DNA from: Felis catus
Taxonomy: Eukaryota
Direction: 5' to 3'
DNA: 64,000 nt
NCBI RefSeq assembly: GCF_018350175.1
Contig: NC_058382.1
Location: 54,438,001 to 54,502,000, forward strand
Below, piece after piece: positions 25,815 to 38,955 of this stretch. The notes beneath the pieces are model-generated. The model was not told the DNA's origin. It saw only the letters and a list, made by a program, of their open reading frames with translations, and ran no database searches. The translations under genes and the position numbers were made by a program. The stretch's first letter is position 1; every line of letters starts with the position of its first letter.

Positions 25815-26190
25815 TAGTTGTTAGTTGGGTTCAACCAATGGGAGGCACCTGCAGGTGATTGGAGGGTAGGAGGAGAGAGAGAGAGAGAGGTCCCCCTTCC
25901 CGAGTGCCCTCTCTGCCAGGCCAGGTCTGGTGTAGCTGCATTCCTCAGTGGCCGCAGCTCCTCAGTCTGTCCCCACAGCCTTTCAGCTTTCACAGACTCC
26001 CCACACCCCATTCTCTCCTCTTGCCCTTTCAAACCCATGGGAGGTAATGGCTCCGGCTGTTGCTAGTCTTTGGATGCCTCGACATCCCTTGTTGATTCTC
26101 AACTGAAACCATACTTCTTCTAAGAATGGAGGATTATTAAAGAATCTTAAGCCATTTGAATTGGATTGTTTCCTGCTAGGACCTTGACTT
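25815..26190 (+). mobile_element. LTR33-type ERVL LTR fragment
   Basis: 'ggtaatggctccggctgttgctagtc' and end 'tgtttcctgctaggaccttgact'. Confidence 0.6.
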
Positions 26191-27773
26191 AAGCCATCTT
26201 TAAAACACTGTTTCTCCATGATTTTTTTCCCCTCCACATCAATACCTTCCCCTCCTTCTCCTCTGCCCACAAACCAGCTCAGGTTTCCCCAAACTTAAGA
26301 TGACCTTTCGGCTACCTAAAAATACCATAGTATTTCTTCCTTCTTTACCCCACCAACTTTCTTAAACAACTGATCTGCACACACATGCATACTCTGTCTC
26401 TGAATCTGGTTTCATTCCCTCCCTGAAAGCTCCTGAACATTTCCCTGTGAAGGTCACTCAGGACATCCTATTTCTCATTTCCAGTCTCTGGGAGACTTTC
26501 AAAGAGAATACTTATTCTCTACCTCTGGAGTGTGAGATATGAAACTTCACCCATATCTTCTGTCTGTTCCTTGTACATCTGGGCCCCTCCCATCTGTGAG
26601 CCCAAGACTCTGGCAGCTCAGAGTCCTGTCTACACCTGCCCCTTGGTCCTCTGCACCTGGACAGGGCCCCTCACCACCTCCCAGACGGAGCTCCACCTTC
26701 AGCCACTGCTCCCTGTCCCATGCTACTGATTTCTATCTGGACATTCCTGACATTTTATGGATGTACTTCCACGAGACTGAAGCCCAGGACATTGTCTTCC
26801 CTCCCGGCTCCTCTTCCCTTGGTGTTGGTGTGCACCTGCCCTCGGGCGAACAAGCTGCCTGGAGGATAGATGATGGTCAAGTCACCTGAAGGAAGGTTTC
26901 CAAAATACAGATCTCTGGGCCTCGCCCATGCCCCACTAAATTAGAATCTCGGACATTTGTGTTTTACTGATTTACCCAGGTGATGGATAAATGGTGCTTG
27001 GGAAATCCTGGTTTAAACAACCTACCGAGATAGCTTCACTGTCCAGTACACTTTTACACTAAATTCTCTATTCTATTAATTAAAAAAAATAAATTAACAA
27101 AGCAAAGCAAGACAGTTTCTTCTACATTGTATCCACTACAGGTACTTGAGACGGTATTGGCTTGACAAGAGAAACTTCACATACATTAAGTAGATATTCA
27201 TGTACTTGTATTAACCCCTGTGTCCAACTCAAATGACCCATTTGGCAACAAGAGCAAGTTCACAAGGGGTGTTAAGGTAAATGAATAAGAAATAAAGAAA
27301 TAGGAAGGCTTCAAAAAGATAATTATAAGTTCTTCATTTCTTATCAAAACAAAAAAAAACCCTTAGTAATATAAACAGAATGGAAATCTTCAGGACAGGA
27401 TCTCAAGACATGCAAAGATCCATATCCAAGTTAGTCAGCTGCCTTTCTAACTAGCCTTTCATTTCCCCCAACTTTGTTAGCCTATGTTTGTTTTCCCAAG
27501 ATTTACCAGATACACTCTCCCTTCGTGAGCCATCCAGAAGCTTGAGAATGATCTCCGGCTGCCTACATGTTCATCTTGAAGGTAATATTCCACTGACCAC
27601 TTTTTTAAGAGCTCTGTCCAAACTTTTGTCTCTATAAATAACTCTGGTGGACTTTGGTGCTTGTTTTCAGCCGCTCAGAAAGAAATATTCCATGCTCCCT
27701 TCTAATTTCCATGGTTGTTCTTCCTCCAGAGTTCAGACAAAAGAAAGGGGAAAAATCTTAACATTAACACAGC

Positions 27774-27998
27774 TATATATATATACATACATATACATAT
27801 ACACACACACACATATATATATATACATATATACACGCACATACATATATACACATACATACATATATGTGTATATATATGTATACATGCATGTATATAT
27901 GTATGTATGTGTATATATGTATACATATATGTATATATGTATGTATGGGTATATATGTATACATACATATATATATGTGTGTGTGTGTGTGTGTATAT
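27774..27998. repeat. Compound (TA/CA/TG)n microsatellite with inverted symmetry
   Basis: Alternating purine-pyrimidine tract; CA-rich left half, TG-rich right half. Confidence 0.95.
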
Positions 27999-28114
27999 AA
28001 CCTCTAAGTTTTGGACGCTAACCAACTCCAAACTTCAGAAATCGGGAGCCAAGTTTGCCCTGGGCTGATTAGTAATAAATCAGTTCTTCCTCCATGCCCT
28101 GGAAGACTATTGAG

Positions 28115-28474
28115 GGCATTGTCTTGATCCCCTATAACAAGTACACAGACTGAGTGACATATAAACAACAAGCAATTTATGTCCCACAGCTCTGGAGGCT
28201 GAAAAGTCCAAGATCAAGATGCGGGCAGATTCTGTGGCTGCCGAGGATCCACTTCCTGGTTCACAGATGACCGTTTTTTTGCATCCTCCCACTGCAGAAG
28301 GAGAACCACCTAGCTCTCTGGCCTCTTCTTCCAAAGGCATCCATCACGTTCATGAGGACTCCCCCCTCATGACCTAATCACCTCCAAAGGCCCCACCTCC
28401 AAATACCACCACATTGGGATTAGGGTTTCAACATGTAAATTGAGGGAGGGACACAAACATTCAGTCCACTGCAG
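28115..28474 (-). mobile_element. MLT1A-like MaLR solo LTR
   Basis: 'cacagctctggaggctgaaaagtccaagatcaagatg...acctcccaaaggcccc-like...gggacacaaacattcagtccactgca'. Confidence 0.85.
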
Positions 28475-29374
28475 ACGGTGTCTGTCTCCCTGTGCTCTGA
28501 CTGTCCTGGTCTGGAGTCCCCCGCCAGCCCTCTCTCTGCATCTAAGCAGTGTCATGGGCCCAAGGCTCTTGGGTGCCTGCCCAGGCAAATGAGGCTGGGG
28601 ACACAGATCTCGTGGAGCTGGAAGCCTGCCTCTGCCCCTCCAGTGCAGACCAGACCAGACCACAGAACAACTCTGGCGTGGCGGGAGCGTCTGCCTCTTC
28701 TGCCAAGCGCCAGGCAGCAACGGACTCCCAGCCAACATCCACGTCATCTTGCCTGCCTTTTGCAGGTGATAGAGAAAAGGCGCTGCTGTGATGGATTCTG
28801 ACCCATTGCCTCCTTTGGCTACAGGTGAGAACTGCTTCCAACGCAGGAGAATCTTCTGCCCTCAAGTATAGAGCCAGTCAGAAGTTTCTCATGCTGACTC
28901 CTCCCTCTGGGATGGTTCCTCTCCAACCCCATCCAGGTGAGGCCTGAAGATCCTAGAATTCCCATGTTTGACAGAGCCTTCAAAACTGTCTCAGCAAGGG
29001 ACCAGGGCTCCCGACTCTCAACCCTGTGCTCTTTCCATGAGCGCATTAGTCCGGGCTCTCCAGAGAAACAGATGACACGTAAAAGTCACCAGCACAACAG
29101 GGCACTTCCACTTTGGAATCGGAAGCCTATCAACTTCAAGCAGCCTCACTGGGGCACATGAAGGTCTTGTTCAGCATCAACAGAGGCTTGCTAAGCTTGC
29201 CTCGACCCTCAGAAGGAACACGAAGCAGGCATGTGCTGTTCTCCCATGTCCACTCGATGTTTCTTTGGGACGTTCTTCTGCCCCCAACCCATGAGGGCGG
29301 CTTGTGGGTTTATCAGTCGTGGTGCCCTGCCCACCTGCCATGGGAACCAGATAGATTGAGCTATCCTTTCTACC

Positions 29375-30086
29375 TGTGGTGGGCAGACTAATGGCCTCCC
29401 AAATTTGCCACATCCTAATCCCCGGAACCTGTAAATGCATTGCCTCATGTAAGGAGGAATTAAGGTTGCAGATGGCATTAGGGGTGCTAATTAGCTGACC
29501 TTCAGATAGGGACAGTAACCCGGGTTATCTAGGTGGGCTCAAAGTAATCACAAGTGTTCTTAACAATGGCAGAGGAGGCAGTTAGACCAAGCAATGTGAG
29601 GATGGAAGCAGGGTCAGAGAGATGCTTCGTCGCTGGCTTTGAAGACGAAGGGGGCTCGGGCCAAGGAATGTGTGCAGTCTCTAGAAGATGGAGAAAGCCA
29701 GGAACCAGATTCTCCGCTAGTGCCTCCAGAAGAAATATAGGCCTGCCCGCACCTTGACTAGAGCCCAGTGAGATCTATGTCTGACTTATAAACTACAGAA
29801 CCATAAGATAATAAATTTGTGGGGGCGCCCGAGTGGCATAGTTGGTTAATCATCCGACTCAGGTCATGATCTCACAGTTTGTGGGTTCGAGCCCTGCATC
29901 GGGCTTTGCGTTGATGGCGTGGAGCCTGCTTAGGATTCTGTCTCCTTCTCTCTGCCCCTCCCCTTCTGGTGCTCTCCCTGTCTCTCTCAAAATAAATAAA
30001 CTTTAAAAAAAAAAGAGAGTAAATCTGTGTTGTTTTAAGCCACCAAGTTTGTGATAATTTGTTACAGCAGCAAATGAATACACTAC
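29375..30086 (+). mobile_element. MLT1D MaLR solo LTR, split by a SINE
   Basis: 'tgtggtgggcagactaatggcctcccaaa...ggaattaaggttgcagatgg' and 'tgttttaagccaccaagtttgtgataatttgttacagcagcaa'. Confidence 0.85.
29822..30015 (+). mobile_element. CAN-SINE (SINEC)
   Basis: SINE body, A tail; flanks taaat(t/c)tgtg. Confidence 0.92.
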
Positions 30087-31199
30087 CCTATCTTCTAGGA
30101 ACAGTGATTGGTCCGGGAATGGACTTGATATCCAAGAAGGGCCAATAGAGAACCTTTCCTGATGAGTATCTGGCCACTGGAGAGAGAATTCTCTCCCCTG
30201 CTGAGGATGTTCAGCTGGAATATAGCTCAGTGGGTTGTCTAACTGCACAATTAAGCCAATATTCAAAGAGAGGCCTAAGTTGATAGAGAGAGAGAGATAG
30301 TACGCTAGATCCAACCTTGCCTGAAACACCCAGACTTCCCAGTTACACGACCGACTGAGTTATCTTTTGGGCTTAAGCTAAATGGAATTGGCCATTTGTT
30401 GCTTGCATCTGAGAGAGTCCTGGCAAACATGGAATGCCAGCAGTAACTGGCCCTGTGATTCTTAGCTTTTTTTTTTTTTTTTTTTTTTTGGTGGGGGGAG
30501 GGGGGGTGGGGCGCGGGTCGTAGATTCCTCTAAAATTCTAAAAGAAAATATGAATAGGCGTGACATTTCTTGATAACTAAACTGCTTGGTTCCAAATCTG
30601 GGCTCCCGGGCTCCAGCAGCACCCAGACTCCTGACCCACAGAAAACTGGGAGAGAAGACGTGGATGTTGTTTTAAGGCACTAAGTTAAGGTAACTTGTTA
30701 TGCAGCAGTAGATAAGCAATGCACCAGCTTTTTCCATCCTAGAGGTCTCTGAGTGTGAATCGTGAGTCCGAGAGGCTGGGAGCTGCCTCGGGCTGTGATG
30801 GCCCCCTTCCCATGTAGAAGGCAGGAGACGTTGATTTGAGGCGGCTGGTGGATTTGCCTTTCACGTACTCCTAGGCAAGATACTGCTTTCAAACTCCCAA
30901 ACCCAAGGCCACAGATTCTGTGCCATGCTGCAAGCTGTTCTCTGCTTCCTGAGACTTGCACCTGTCAGATATTTCGGATAACTCTAAAATGAGAGGGAAC
31001 AGTGCAGCTGTGGTTATGTGTTCTCAGCACCCATTCAACCCTTCCCATGGTAATGGCGATCCCAGTTTTCCTTTGGGAGAACACATTTTTTCTGACTCTC
31101 AACCCAGTGGCTTGGGAGAGGGTAACCTCTACCACCCCCCAACCCACTACTCATTTCCAGAAGTGAGCACACGATACTGGTCTGACCAATCATGAATGA

Positions 31200-31820
31200 G
31201 ATGGGAAAATTGGGGCAGAGCAGAATTTGGTGGGAGGGGAGGGGGGATCTCGGAGCTCTGTTTGGACATTCCAGCACTTGAGAAGCCTGTTAGATATCCA
31301 AGTGGAGACACCACAAAGGCAGGTGGATGTTCCAAAGGAGAGTCCAAGGCAGAGGTCCAGGCTGGAGATATGAATTGGCCAAGAAGCAGCCGCATGTGGT
31401 CAGGATCAGAATTATGAAGCTGGATGAGGTCACCTAGGCAGAGAGGATGGGTAGAGAAGAGACGAGGTTCAAAGCCCCAGCTCTGCGGGACTTCGGCCTT
31501 TAGAGAGCTAAGGAATGATGGACACTCAGCAAAGGAGACTGGCTACCCAGCTGCGGGAGGAGGATCCGGAGAGGAATTGTCCCCAAAGCCAGAGAAGAAA
31601 GCATATCAAGGAGAACATGACCAACTGTGTCCCGTACTCCTGAGAGGGCACGTCAGATAAGGGCTCAGAAAGGACCATTGGACTTAGCCTCAAGGCCGTC
31701 CCTGGAAACCGGAAGTGCATTTTCAGTGGGGCAGAGGGACAAAACCCCGACGAGGGTGGGTTCAAAATGAATCAGATGAGAGAAAATGGAAGCAGCAAGT
31801 ATGGACAATTATTCAAGGAA
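31200..31820 (-). mobile_element. L2 fragment
   Basis: 'tttggacattccagcacttgagaagcctgttagatatccaagtggaga', 'ggctggagatatgaattgg', 'tggacaattattcaaggaatt'. Confidence 0.65.
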
Positions 31821-32209
31821 TTCCTTGAACCCATCAGGTATTCATTTTTCCTTAAGCTACTGTGAACTGCTTTCTGTTGCCCATAACCACACATGGCCAG
31901 ACTAATGGAGGAGGCAGACAGGAGGCAAACACCAAAGGAAGGTACTGAATATACCTAACGTGCCAGGAACTTCACACACATGGTCTCATTTCATTTTAAC
32001 TATATATAATAACCCTATAAAGCAGGTGTTCATTATCCTCATTTTAATGAGAAAGAAACTGAGGCCCAGAGAAATGAAATGCCCTTGCATTCAAAGTGGC
32101 ATTCAAACCCAGATCAGACCCCAGATCCTATAGCACCACTAGGTCAGGGACAAATACTACTGAAGAAACCAGAGAGTCACTGAGGCCCTACTTTTATATT
32201 CAGAAATGC

Positions 32210-32372
32210 ACCGTGGTTCTCAAACTTCAGAACCACCTGGAGGGCTTGTTAAAACCAGGTTGCTGGGCCCCAGATCAGCACTGGGTGGCAGGGAGGGGAG
32301 AGTCTGCATTTCTAACGGGTTCCACACGCTATTGACACTGCTGGCCCGAGGACCACACTTTGAGGACCACGG
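32210..32372 (-). mobile_element. MER5A (hAT-Charlie)
   Basis: 'gtggttctcaaacttcagaaccacctggagggcttgttaaaac...gaggaccacactttgaggaccac'. Confidence 0.85.
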
Positions 32373-32581
32373 ATTCGTACCATCACACTCCCTTGCTCAG
32401 ACTCAGGGGGCCTGAAGAGTCCCATTCGGAACTCAGATCTCTCCATCCACCTTACTTCCAAGCTGCTAGAGGGAACCTCACAGCACTAGATTGGACTCCT
32501 TCAGGCTCTTCCTTTGAGAGCTGACCCCTGGCATTGGGAGGTCATATAGAAGGCACTTAGTTTAAAATGTCCTGTATTAAA

Positions 32582-32790
32582 GGGCACCTGGGTGGCTCAA
32601 TGGGTTGAGTGTCCGACTCTTAGTTGTGGCTCAGGGCATGATCCCCGGGTCGTGGGATTGAGCCCCGTGTCAGGCTTGGTGCAGAGTGTGGAGCCTGTTT
32701 GAAATTCTCTCTCTCTCCCTCGGCCCCTCTCCCCCACTTATGTACTCTCTCTGTATATATAAAATAAAAAATAAAAAATCATTTAAAAAA
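32582..32790 (+). mobile_element. CAN-SINE (older subtype)
   Basis: SINE head/body and A-rich tail; flanks aaaatgtc(c/t)tgt. Confidence 0.9.
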
Positions 32791-33131
32791 TGTCTTGTGC
32801 TAAAGAAAAAAGCCTTGCATTGTAAGACGCTCCATATTTATCATCACATAGCTTATAATCACTCATAATCATAATTATCAATGTAAGACATAGAATTCTC
32901 TGAATTCCACTATTTCAGAAAGTTTCTTTGGGAAGTTTGATCAGAGTGTAATGAGGGGGAATAGTTCTCTCCGGTGGCTTCAGGTCAGGCTGTTACAAAC
33001 AGCACTATCCAGAAATTTCCTCTGGTGGGCAGCCTCTGTGGGTGACATGGAAAACAACCCATTTGAGCCTCGTGAAAACCTTGCACAGGCCCCTTGGGCT
33101 GAACAACCCACATCCCTGACACTTTCTAGAA

Positions 33132-33362
33132 TTTTTTTAATGGTCATTGACTTTTGAGAGAGAGAGAGAGAGGGAAAGAGAGAGAGAGAGCAAGCACAAG
33201 CATGGGAGGGGCAGAGAGAGAGGGAGACACAGGATCCAAAGCAGGTTCCAGGCTCTGAGCTGTCAGCACAGAGCCCAATGCAGGGCTCGAACCATGAATT
33301 GTGAGATCAGGACCTGAGCCGAAGTCGGATGCTTAATCAACTGAGCCACCCAGATTGGCCCC
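33132..33362 (-). mobile_element. CAN-SINE (SINEC)
   Basis: Reverse SINE body with (GA)n; flanks actttcta. Confidence 0.92.
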
Positions 33363-33836
33363 TGCCCCCAATACTTTCTACCCAGACCTTAGTTCCCAAC
33401 CCTAGAATTGTATGTCTGCTCTTCTCTGACTCTGCCTTTCCCCTCAGCCACAGAGTAGGGCTGGGTCTCTTTTGGGAGTCTGCATCAATAGGGGAGAAAG
33501 CAGGACTGAACAGAGCATTGACCTTGAAGTTGGACATATGCGAATTCTCTTCCAATCAGCCAGGGAGTAGCTGCGTTCCCCCCCCCCCCCCAGCAAACTA
33601 CTTGACTCCCTGAGCCTGTTTCTTCCTCTATGAAACAGAGACAAAAAAGAAATATCAAATAGGCTGCTGGAGTGGATCATCAAAACTATTTGTCAAATGC
33701 CCAGAATAAAGAATGTTATTAACAGGGTTGTTTAATCATTCATGTAACAAGTATCTACTGAGCACGGACTACAACATTCCAGGCTCTGTGCTAGGAGCTG
33801 GGGATACAGCAGTGAAGAAAGGAAATAAAACTTTCT

Positions 33837-34052
33837 GGGGCGCCTGGGTGGCTTAGTCAGTTAAGCGTCTGACTTCAGCTCAGGGCATGTCAGCTCATGG
33901 GTTCGAGGCTCGTCAGTCTCTGTGCTGACAGCTCAGAGCCTGAAGCCTGCTTCAGATTCTGTGTCTCCCTCTCTCTCTGCCCCTCCCCCACTCATACTCT
34001 GTGTCTCTCTCTCTCTCTCTCTCAAAAATAAATAAACATTAAAAAAAAAAAA
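33837..34052 (+). mobile_element. CAN-SINE inserted in an L2 fragment (about 33725-34450)
   Basis: TSD aaaactttctg; host 'ctactgagcac...ccaggctctgtgctaggagctggggatacagcagtgaa'. Confidence 0.92.
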
Positions 34053-34761
34053 CACAAAACTTTCTGCCCTACTTGACCTGGGAAGTCTGGCGGGAACAGT
34101 CCAACAATTTGTGTTATTACATGACATTAAAAGGAGCTAAGTTTTTGGAGGGGAGATAGGGTCCATCTTGGCAGGAAGTTTGCAATTGTCCATAGGATGG
34201 TCAGAGAAGGCCTCGTGGAGAAGATGTTCCTTGAGCAAAGACTTGAAGGAGATGAGGGGTGAGCCATGTATCCTGGGACCAGAGAACTTGGGGCAGAAAA
34301 GACAGCAGGCACAAACACTCTGTCTGAGATGGGGCATTCAGCATGAGTTTGAAGATAAGCAAAGAGGCCACTGGGCCAGGGCAGAGTGTGCAAAGGGAGG
34401 AAGATTAGCGATGAGGCCAAGGCATAATTATTTGGCTTTTTATTAATGGAAGCTATAAGCCAAAGGTAAGTCACAGCTGCTCTAAGTCAGTTCGCCTGGC
34501 GACAGCTACTAAAGTCGTTTTAAATAATTGTGATGCTTTATACATGACACAGCAGCCCTCGGTAAGCACATTGTGTGATGGGGTCTTTCCAATTGTAATC
34601 AAAAGTGACCTTCACTAATACCAACAAAACCCAGATTCCCCAAGGATAGAACCGGGAAATGAATCTCAGTGAATCCCCATGTGCGTAGGGGCAGCTGGAT
34701 CCCGGCTCTTGTGCCCAGACACCTGCCTGCCTTTGGAGATCTGTCACCGCCACCAGCGTTC

Positions 34762-34780
34762 TGGCCACTAGGGGGCGCTG
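34762..34780 (+). promoter_or_regulatory. CTCF-binding motif (near-consensus)
   Basis: TGGCCACTAGGGGGCGCTG matches CCASYAGRKGGCRS at every position; lies in non-repetitive DNA with retained CpGs. Confidence 0.8.
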
Positions 34781-35504
34781 CTCCCCACTTAACGCCCTCT
34801 CTAGCCTTCATGAGGAACCATAGCACAGCAGTGGGGTCAAGACTGACCACATAATCAGGGTTTGCAAATACAAGAGGAGAGCAAAGGGGAACTAACACAG
34901 GGACTTATGGAAATATGATCACCTGGGGATCTAAGCCAGACCTAGATTCCAGCTCCCAACCAGCCTCTCTGAGGTAGGCACCTTGTAGCATTTATTTATT
35001 TAACACATCCCCATTGGGTGAATACTGTGTGCCCAGCACTGTGCTAGACAGTGAGAATATGAATAAAAGAGGCATATATTTTACGCTCAACCAAGAAATC
35101 GATACATAATCCCAAAGTGGAATAGGCCAGTGAAGGAAATGAAGAGGGTGTGGTGATAAAGAATACTGGAGCTGATTTGGGGTGGCCAAGGAAGACCTCT
35201 TGGAAGGGGTGACCTGTAATCTAAGACTTGAAGAGAAGCAGCCAGCCTTGCACAGGTGGAAGGGAGACGGTACCAGGCGTGGGGAGAACCCGTGTGAAGG
35301 TCCTGAGTGGACCAGGACCTTGAGATGTTAGAGAACCAGGAAGTAGCCCCAAGAGGCTGCCCAGTGGGCAGTGGAAGGGGCAGGGGTATGCAGTGTCTAG
35401 GTGACACATAGACGAGCCTTTGTCCTAGGCTTGTAATGGATGCTCCTGAAGGTGTTGAAGCAAGGTATTTCCTGTATGACCACACAACAACCCACAACAA
35501 GCTC

Positions 35505-35990
35505 TGCTAGGCCACATGCTCTTCCAGCGTGACCTGGCCACATCCTCATGGAGAGGTAGGGTCTGTGTTCCCACCCCTCAGTGAGGACAGGAGCTGGGAC
35601 TGCCATCCCCAGTGGAGGTGCTGCCATGTGACTCCAGAAGACAGGTCGTCCAAAGGATACAGCTTCTGCCCAGCTCATCCCTTTTGGGACACTTGCTGTG
35701 TGGAAGGCCACATCATGCTGTGAGGAAGGCCAAGGAAGCCCAGGTAGAAGCTTACATGGAGGGAGAGACGTGGAGAAAAACCGAGGCTCCCAGACAATAG
35801 CTGATAACAACCGCCAGACTGATGAGTCAAGAAGCCTTCAGATGACCCCAGCCACCAGTCTTGCTGAGCAGTCCCAGCCGAGGTCCCAAACACTGGAAGA
35901 CAGACAAGCCACCCCTGCTGTGCCCTGTTTGACTTCTTACCCCACAGAATCCATAAATGCAGACCTCGTTTGTCTGACACCCCCGTGTTG
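35505..35990 (+). mobile_element. MLT1F/G-like MaLR LTR
   Basis: 'catgctgtgaggaagg', 'gaagccttcagatgaccccagcc', 'cccacagaatccata'. Confidence 0.65.
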
Positions 35991-36367
35991 TGGACGATGC
36001 ACTAGGCAGGGCTGGGGAACTCGAAGAAATACAATGGCTCCCTGGGGAGAGGACCGGCCCGGGCACAGGCACCCAGTGGAAGCACTTCCCTAGACATTTC
36101 CATTCCCTGCAGGCTAGATCCAAAGAACAAGATCCCTCCTTCTCCCTGACCTGAGATAAAACCTCCAGCCCCCTTTTCCTGTCTGAGGAACGCTGCACAC
36201 CCAGGCGACTGACCTGGGAAAGGATGTTTCCATCCAGCCAAGGGCCCCACAGGTGGGATGGAGGGCCTCACGGTTAAGGACCATATAGAACAAACAGAAC
36301 ATGGTACAGTCACCCAGATGGCCCCACATAGTGCACACACCAGGGAGTCATTTCCCTGCTTCCACTC

Positions 36368-36573
36368 TTTTTTTCAATGTTTATTTATTTTTGAGAGAGA
36401 GAGAGAGAGAGAGCGAGCAGGGGAGGGGCAGAGAGAGAGAGGGAGACAGAGGATCTAAAGGGGATTCTGCGTTGACAGCATAGAGCCCGATGCAGGGCTC
36501 AAACTCATGAACTATAAGATCATAACCTGGGCTGAAGTCAGATGCTCAACCGACTGAGCCACCCAGGCGCCCC
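36368..36573 (-). mobile_element. CAN-SINE (SINEC)
   Basis: Reverse body; flanks tccctgcttc..tctt. Confidence 0.93.
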
Positions 36574-37061
36574 TCCCTGCTTCTATTCTTGAGTCCAGTC
36601 GGCTCATTCATCCAAGAACACGTCCACCTTAATTTTATATTTGTAACAAGCATGTGTCAAAACTAATTCCTTTTTCCATGATATGTAGCATTTCATCCCT
36701 TCAGTGTTTCTGCTTCCTTTTAAATGTGGTTTGCTATTTTGCCTATTTTAGTATTTTAAAGACTTTTTTTTCAAAGCCATTTCATCCAAGCACATCTATC
36801 TTAATTGGCTGAAAATCCTTGAAATGCTGAAATGTAACTAAATGAGAAAAATGCATCCAGAGTAAAGGGCTGCTGCTGGCCTTCGAGGTTCAGTGCCCAG
36901 GGTTCAATGCCTCATCTTATGCAAAATTCAAAATCCAGAATGCAAAATTCATTCTTTGGGGCAATAAAATGAATGAATCATTTTTTTTCTTATATTACTA
37001 GAAAAGAAATACATGTTAATTGCAGAAATTTTAGAAAATGTATAGCTAAAAGGAGGAGGAG

Positions 37062-37291
37062 GGGGTGCCTGGGTGGCGCAGTCGGTTGAGCGTCCGACTT
37101 CAGCCAGGTCACCATCTCGCAGTCCGTGAGTTCGAGCCCCGCATCAGGCTCTGGGCTGATGGCTCGGAGCCTGGAGCCTGTTTCTGATTCTGTGTCTCCC
37201 TCTCTCTCTGCCCCTCCCCCGTTCATGCTCTGTCTCTCTCTGTCCCAAAAAAAATAAATAAATAAACGTTGAAAAAAAAATTAAAAAAAAA
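37062..37291 (+). mobile_element. CAN-SINE, young feline subtype
   Basis: 'ggtggcgcagtcgg...cagccaggtc'; TSD aaaaggaggaggag. Confidence 0.95.
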
Positions 37292-37405
37292 AAAAGGAGG
37301 AGGAGGAGAATAGAAAGAGAGGGAAGAAGGAAATTACAAACAACCACTATCGTTACCCATAAAGTCATAATTTCTCATTAGTACATCCTGGTAACCTACT
37401 CGGCC

Positions 37406-37603
37406 TTTTTTTTTTTTTAATGTTTATTCATTGTTGAGAGAAAGAGTGTGAGCAGGGGAGGGGCAGAGAGAGGGGACAGAGAGTCCAAAGCAGGCTCTGC
37501 ACTGACACCAGCAAGCCCAATGCAGGGCTCGAACTCAAGAACCGCAAGGTCATGACCTGAGCCGAAGTTGAACACTTAACTGACTGAGCCACCCAGGCAC
37601 CCC
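37406..37603 (-). mobile_element. CAN-SINE (SINEC)
   Basis: Reverse body, poly-T; flanks ctact(c/a)gg(c/t)ctt. Confidence 0.92.
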
Positions 37604-37654
37604 TACTAGGTCTTAATATGCTCATTTTGTGCCAAGCCAATCTCCCTCTTGTTT

Positions 37655-38440
37655 TCATTCATTCATTCATTCACCGCACGAACTTTACAAAGCACCTACT
37701 ATGTACAGGGTCTGTCATAGGCAATGAAGCCACAATGATGACCAGACAACTATGACACAGCCAGATACCTGCTATTGTGGGAAAATAAAGGGCACTAGAG
37801 AAACACATGGGAAGGCCCCCAACTCTGCCAGGTTGGGGCACCAGGGAGAGATGTCTAACGAGGCTTAACAAATGGGTAGGAATCAGCCAGGCAGCAGGAA
37901 TAAGGTTTCGGGGGCCAGGCTGAAGGGGAAGTGGAGAGAGTGGCTCACATATTGCAGGACCCAGGAGAGGTTTGTACGCTGGAGTCTGGATTCCAAGGAA
38001 GGGCATAAAGCCAGGCTAACTCACAGACATGAGATCATGAAGGTCCTTTATGGGAGGAGAAGGCAGAATCTCTGTGGCCTGTGGGACACTAGGGTTTGAG
38101 GAGGGGTGACAGTGAAGGCAGGGGGACCGGTTAGGAGGCTCTTCTCCAGTAGCCCTGGCTGGAGATGCTGGAGGATGGTGGAGAAGAAGAGGAGAGCACG
38201 TACTAAAGAGACACGTAGGAGGGTAGAATCATCAGGACTTGGTGGGTGACCAGATATGGGGGTGAAGGGAAGATGGAAGTCAAAAGTGACTTGTGCGTTT
38301 CCACAATTAACAAGTAGATATCTTCATGGTATTGTCACCAAGAGAGGACCCAACGCATGGGATGTGTGCAGTTTCTGACATAGGGAGCTCTAGGTTTCTA
38401 TGGGACGTCCAGTTGGAGCTGAACAGTGGGGAGGTGAGTG
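37655..38440 (-). mobile_element. L2 fragment
   Basis: (cattc)n tail 'ttcattcattcattcattca', 'agcacctactatgtacagg', 'gggtagaatcatcaggacttggtg'. Confidence 0.7.
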
Positions 38441-38518
38441 AAGTTTGTGTTTGTCACTTGTGACTGTTTTTCAGCTTCCCTGAATAACATCTGTCTCTAT
38501 CAAACTTCTCACATTGGT

Positions 38519-38955
38519 GGGGCGCCTGGGTGGCTCAGCAGGTTGAGTGTCCGACTTTGACCCAGGTCATGATCTCATGGTTCGTGAGCTCGAGCCCCGC
38601 ACTGGGCTCTCTGCTGTCAGTGTGGAGCCTGCTTCGGATCCTCTGTCCCCCACTCTCTCTCTCTGCCCCTCCCTCCATCACGTGTGCACGCGGTCTCTCT
38701 CTCAAAAACTAGGGGCGCCTGGGTGGCGCAGTCGGTTAAGCGTCCGACTTCAGCCAGGTCACGATCTCGCGGTCCGGGAGTTCGAGCCCCGCGTCAGGCT
38801 CTGGGCTGATGGCTCAGAGCCTGGAGCCTGTTTCCGATTCTGTGTCTCCCTCTCTCTGCCCCTCCCCCGTTCATGCTCTGTCTCTCTCTGTCCCAAAAAT
38901 AAATAAACGTTGAAAAAAAAATTAAAAAAAAAAACTAAATAAACATTTTAAAACA
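38519..38955 (+). mobile_element. Older CAN-SINE hosting a nested young SINE in its tail
   Basis: Body 38519-38711; tail resumes at about 38938; flanks acattggt. Confidence 0.9.
38712..38930 (+). mobile_element. CAN-SINE, young feline subtype (nested)
   Basis: CpG-intact body; TSD aaaaacta at 38704-38711 and 38930-38937. Confidence 0.95.

Noticed and set aside
27647..28068. Overlapping ORFs on both strands (YI/HT/VC-rich)
   Set aside because: Translations of a microsatellite.
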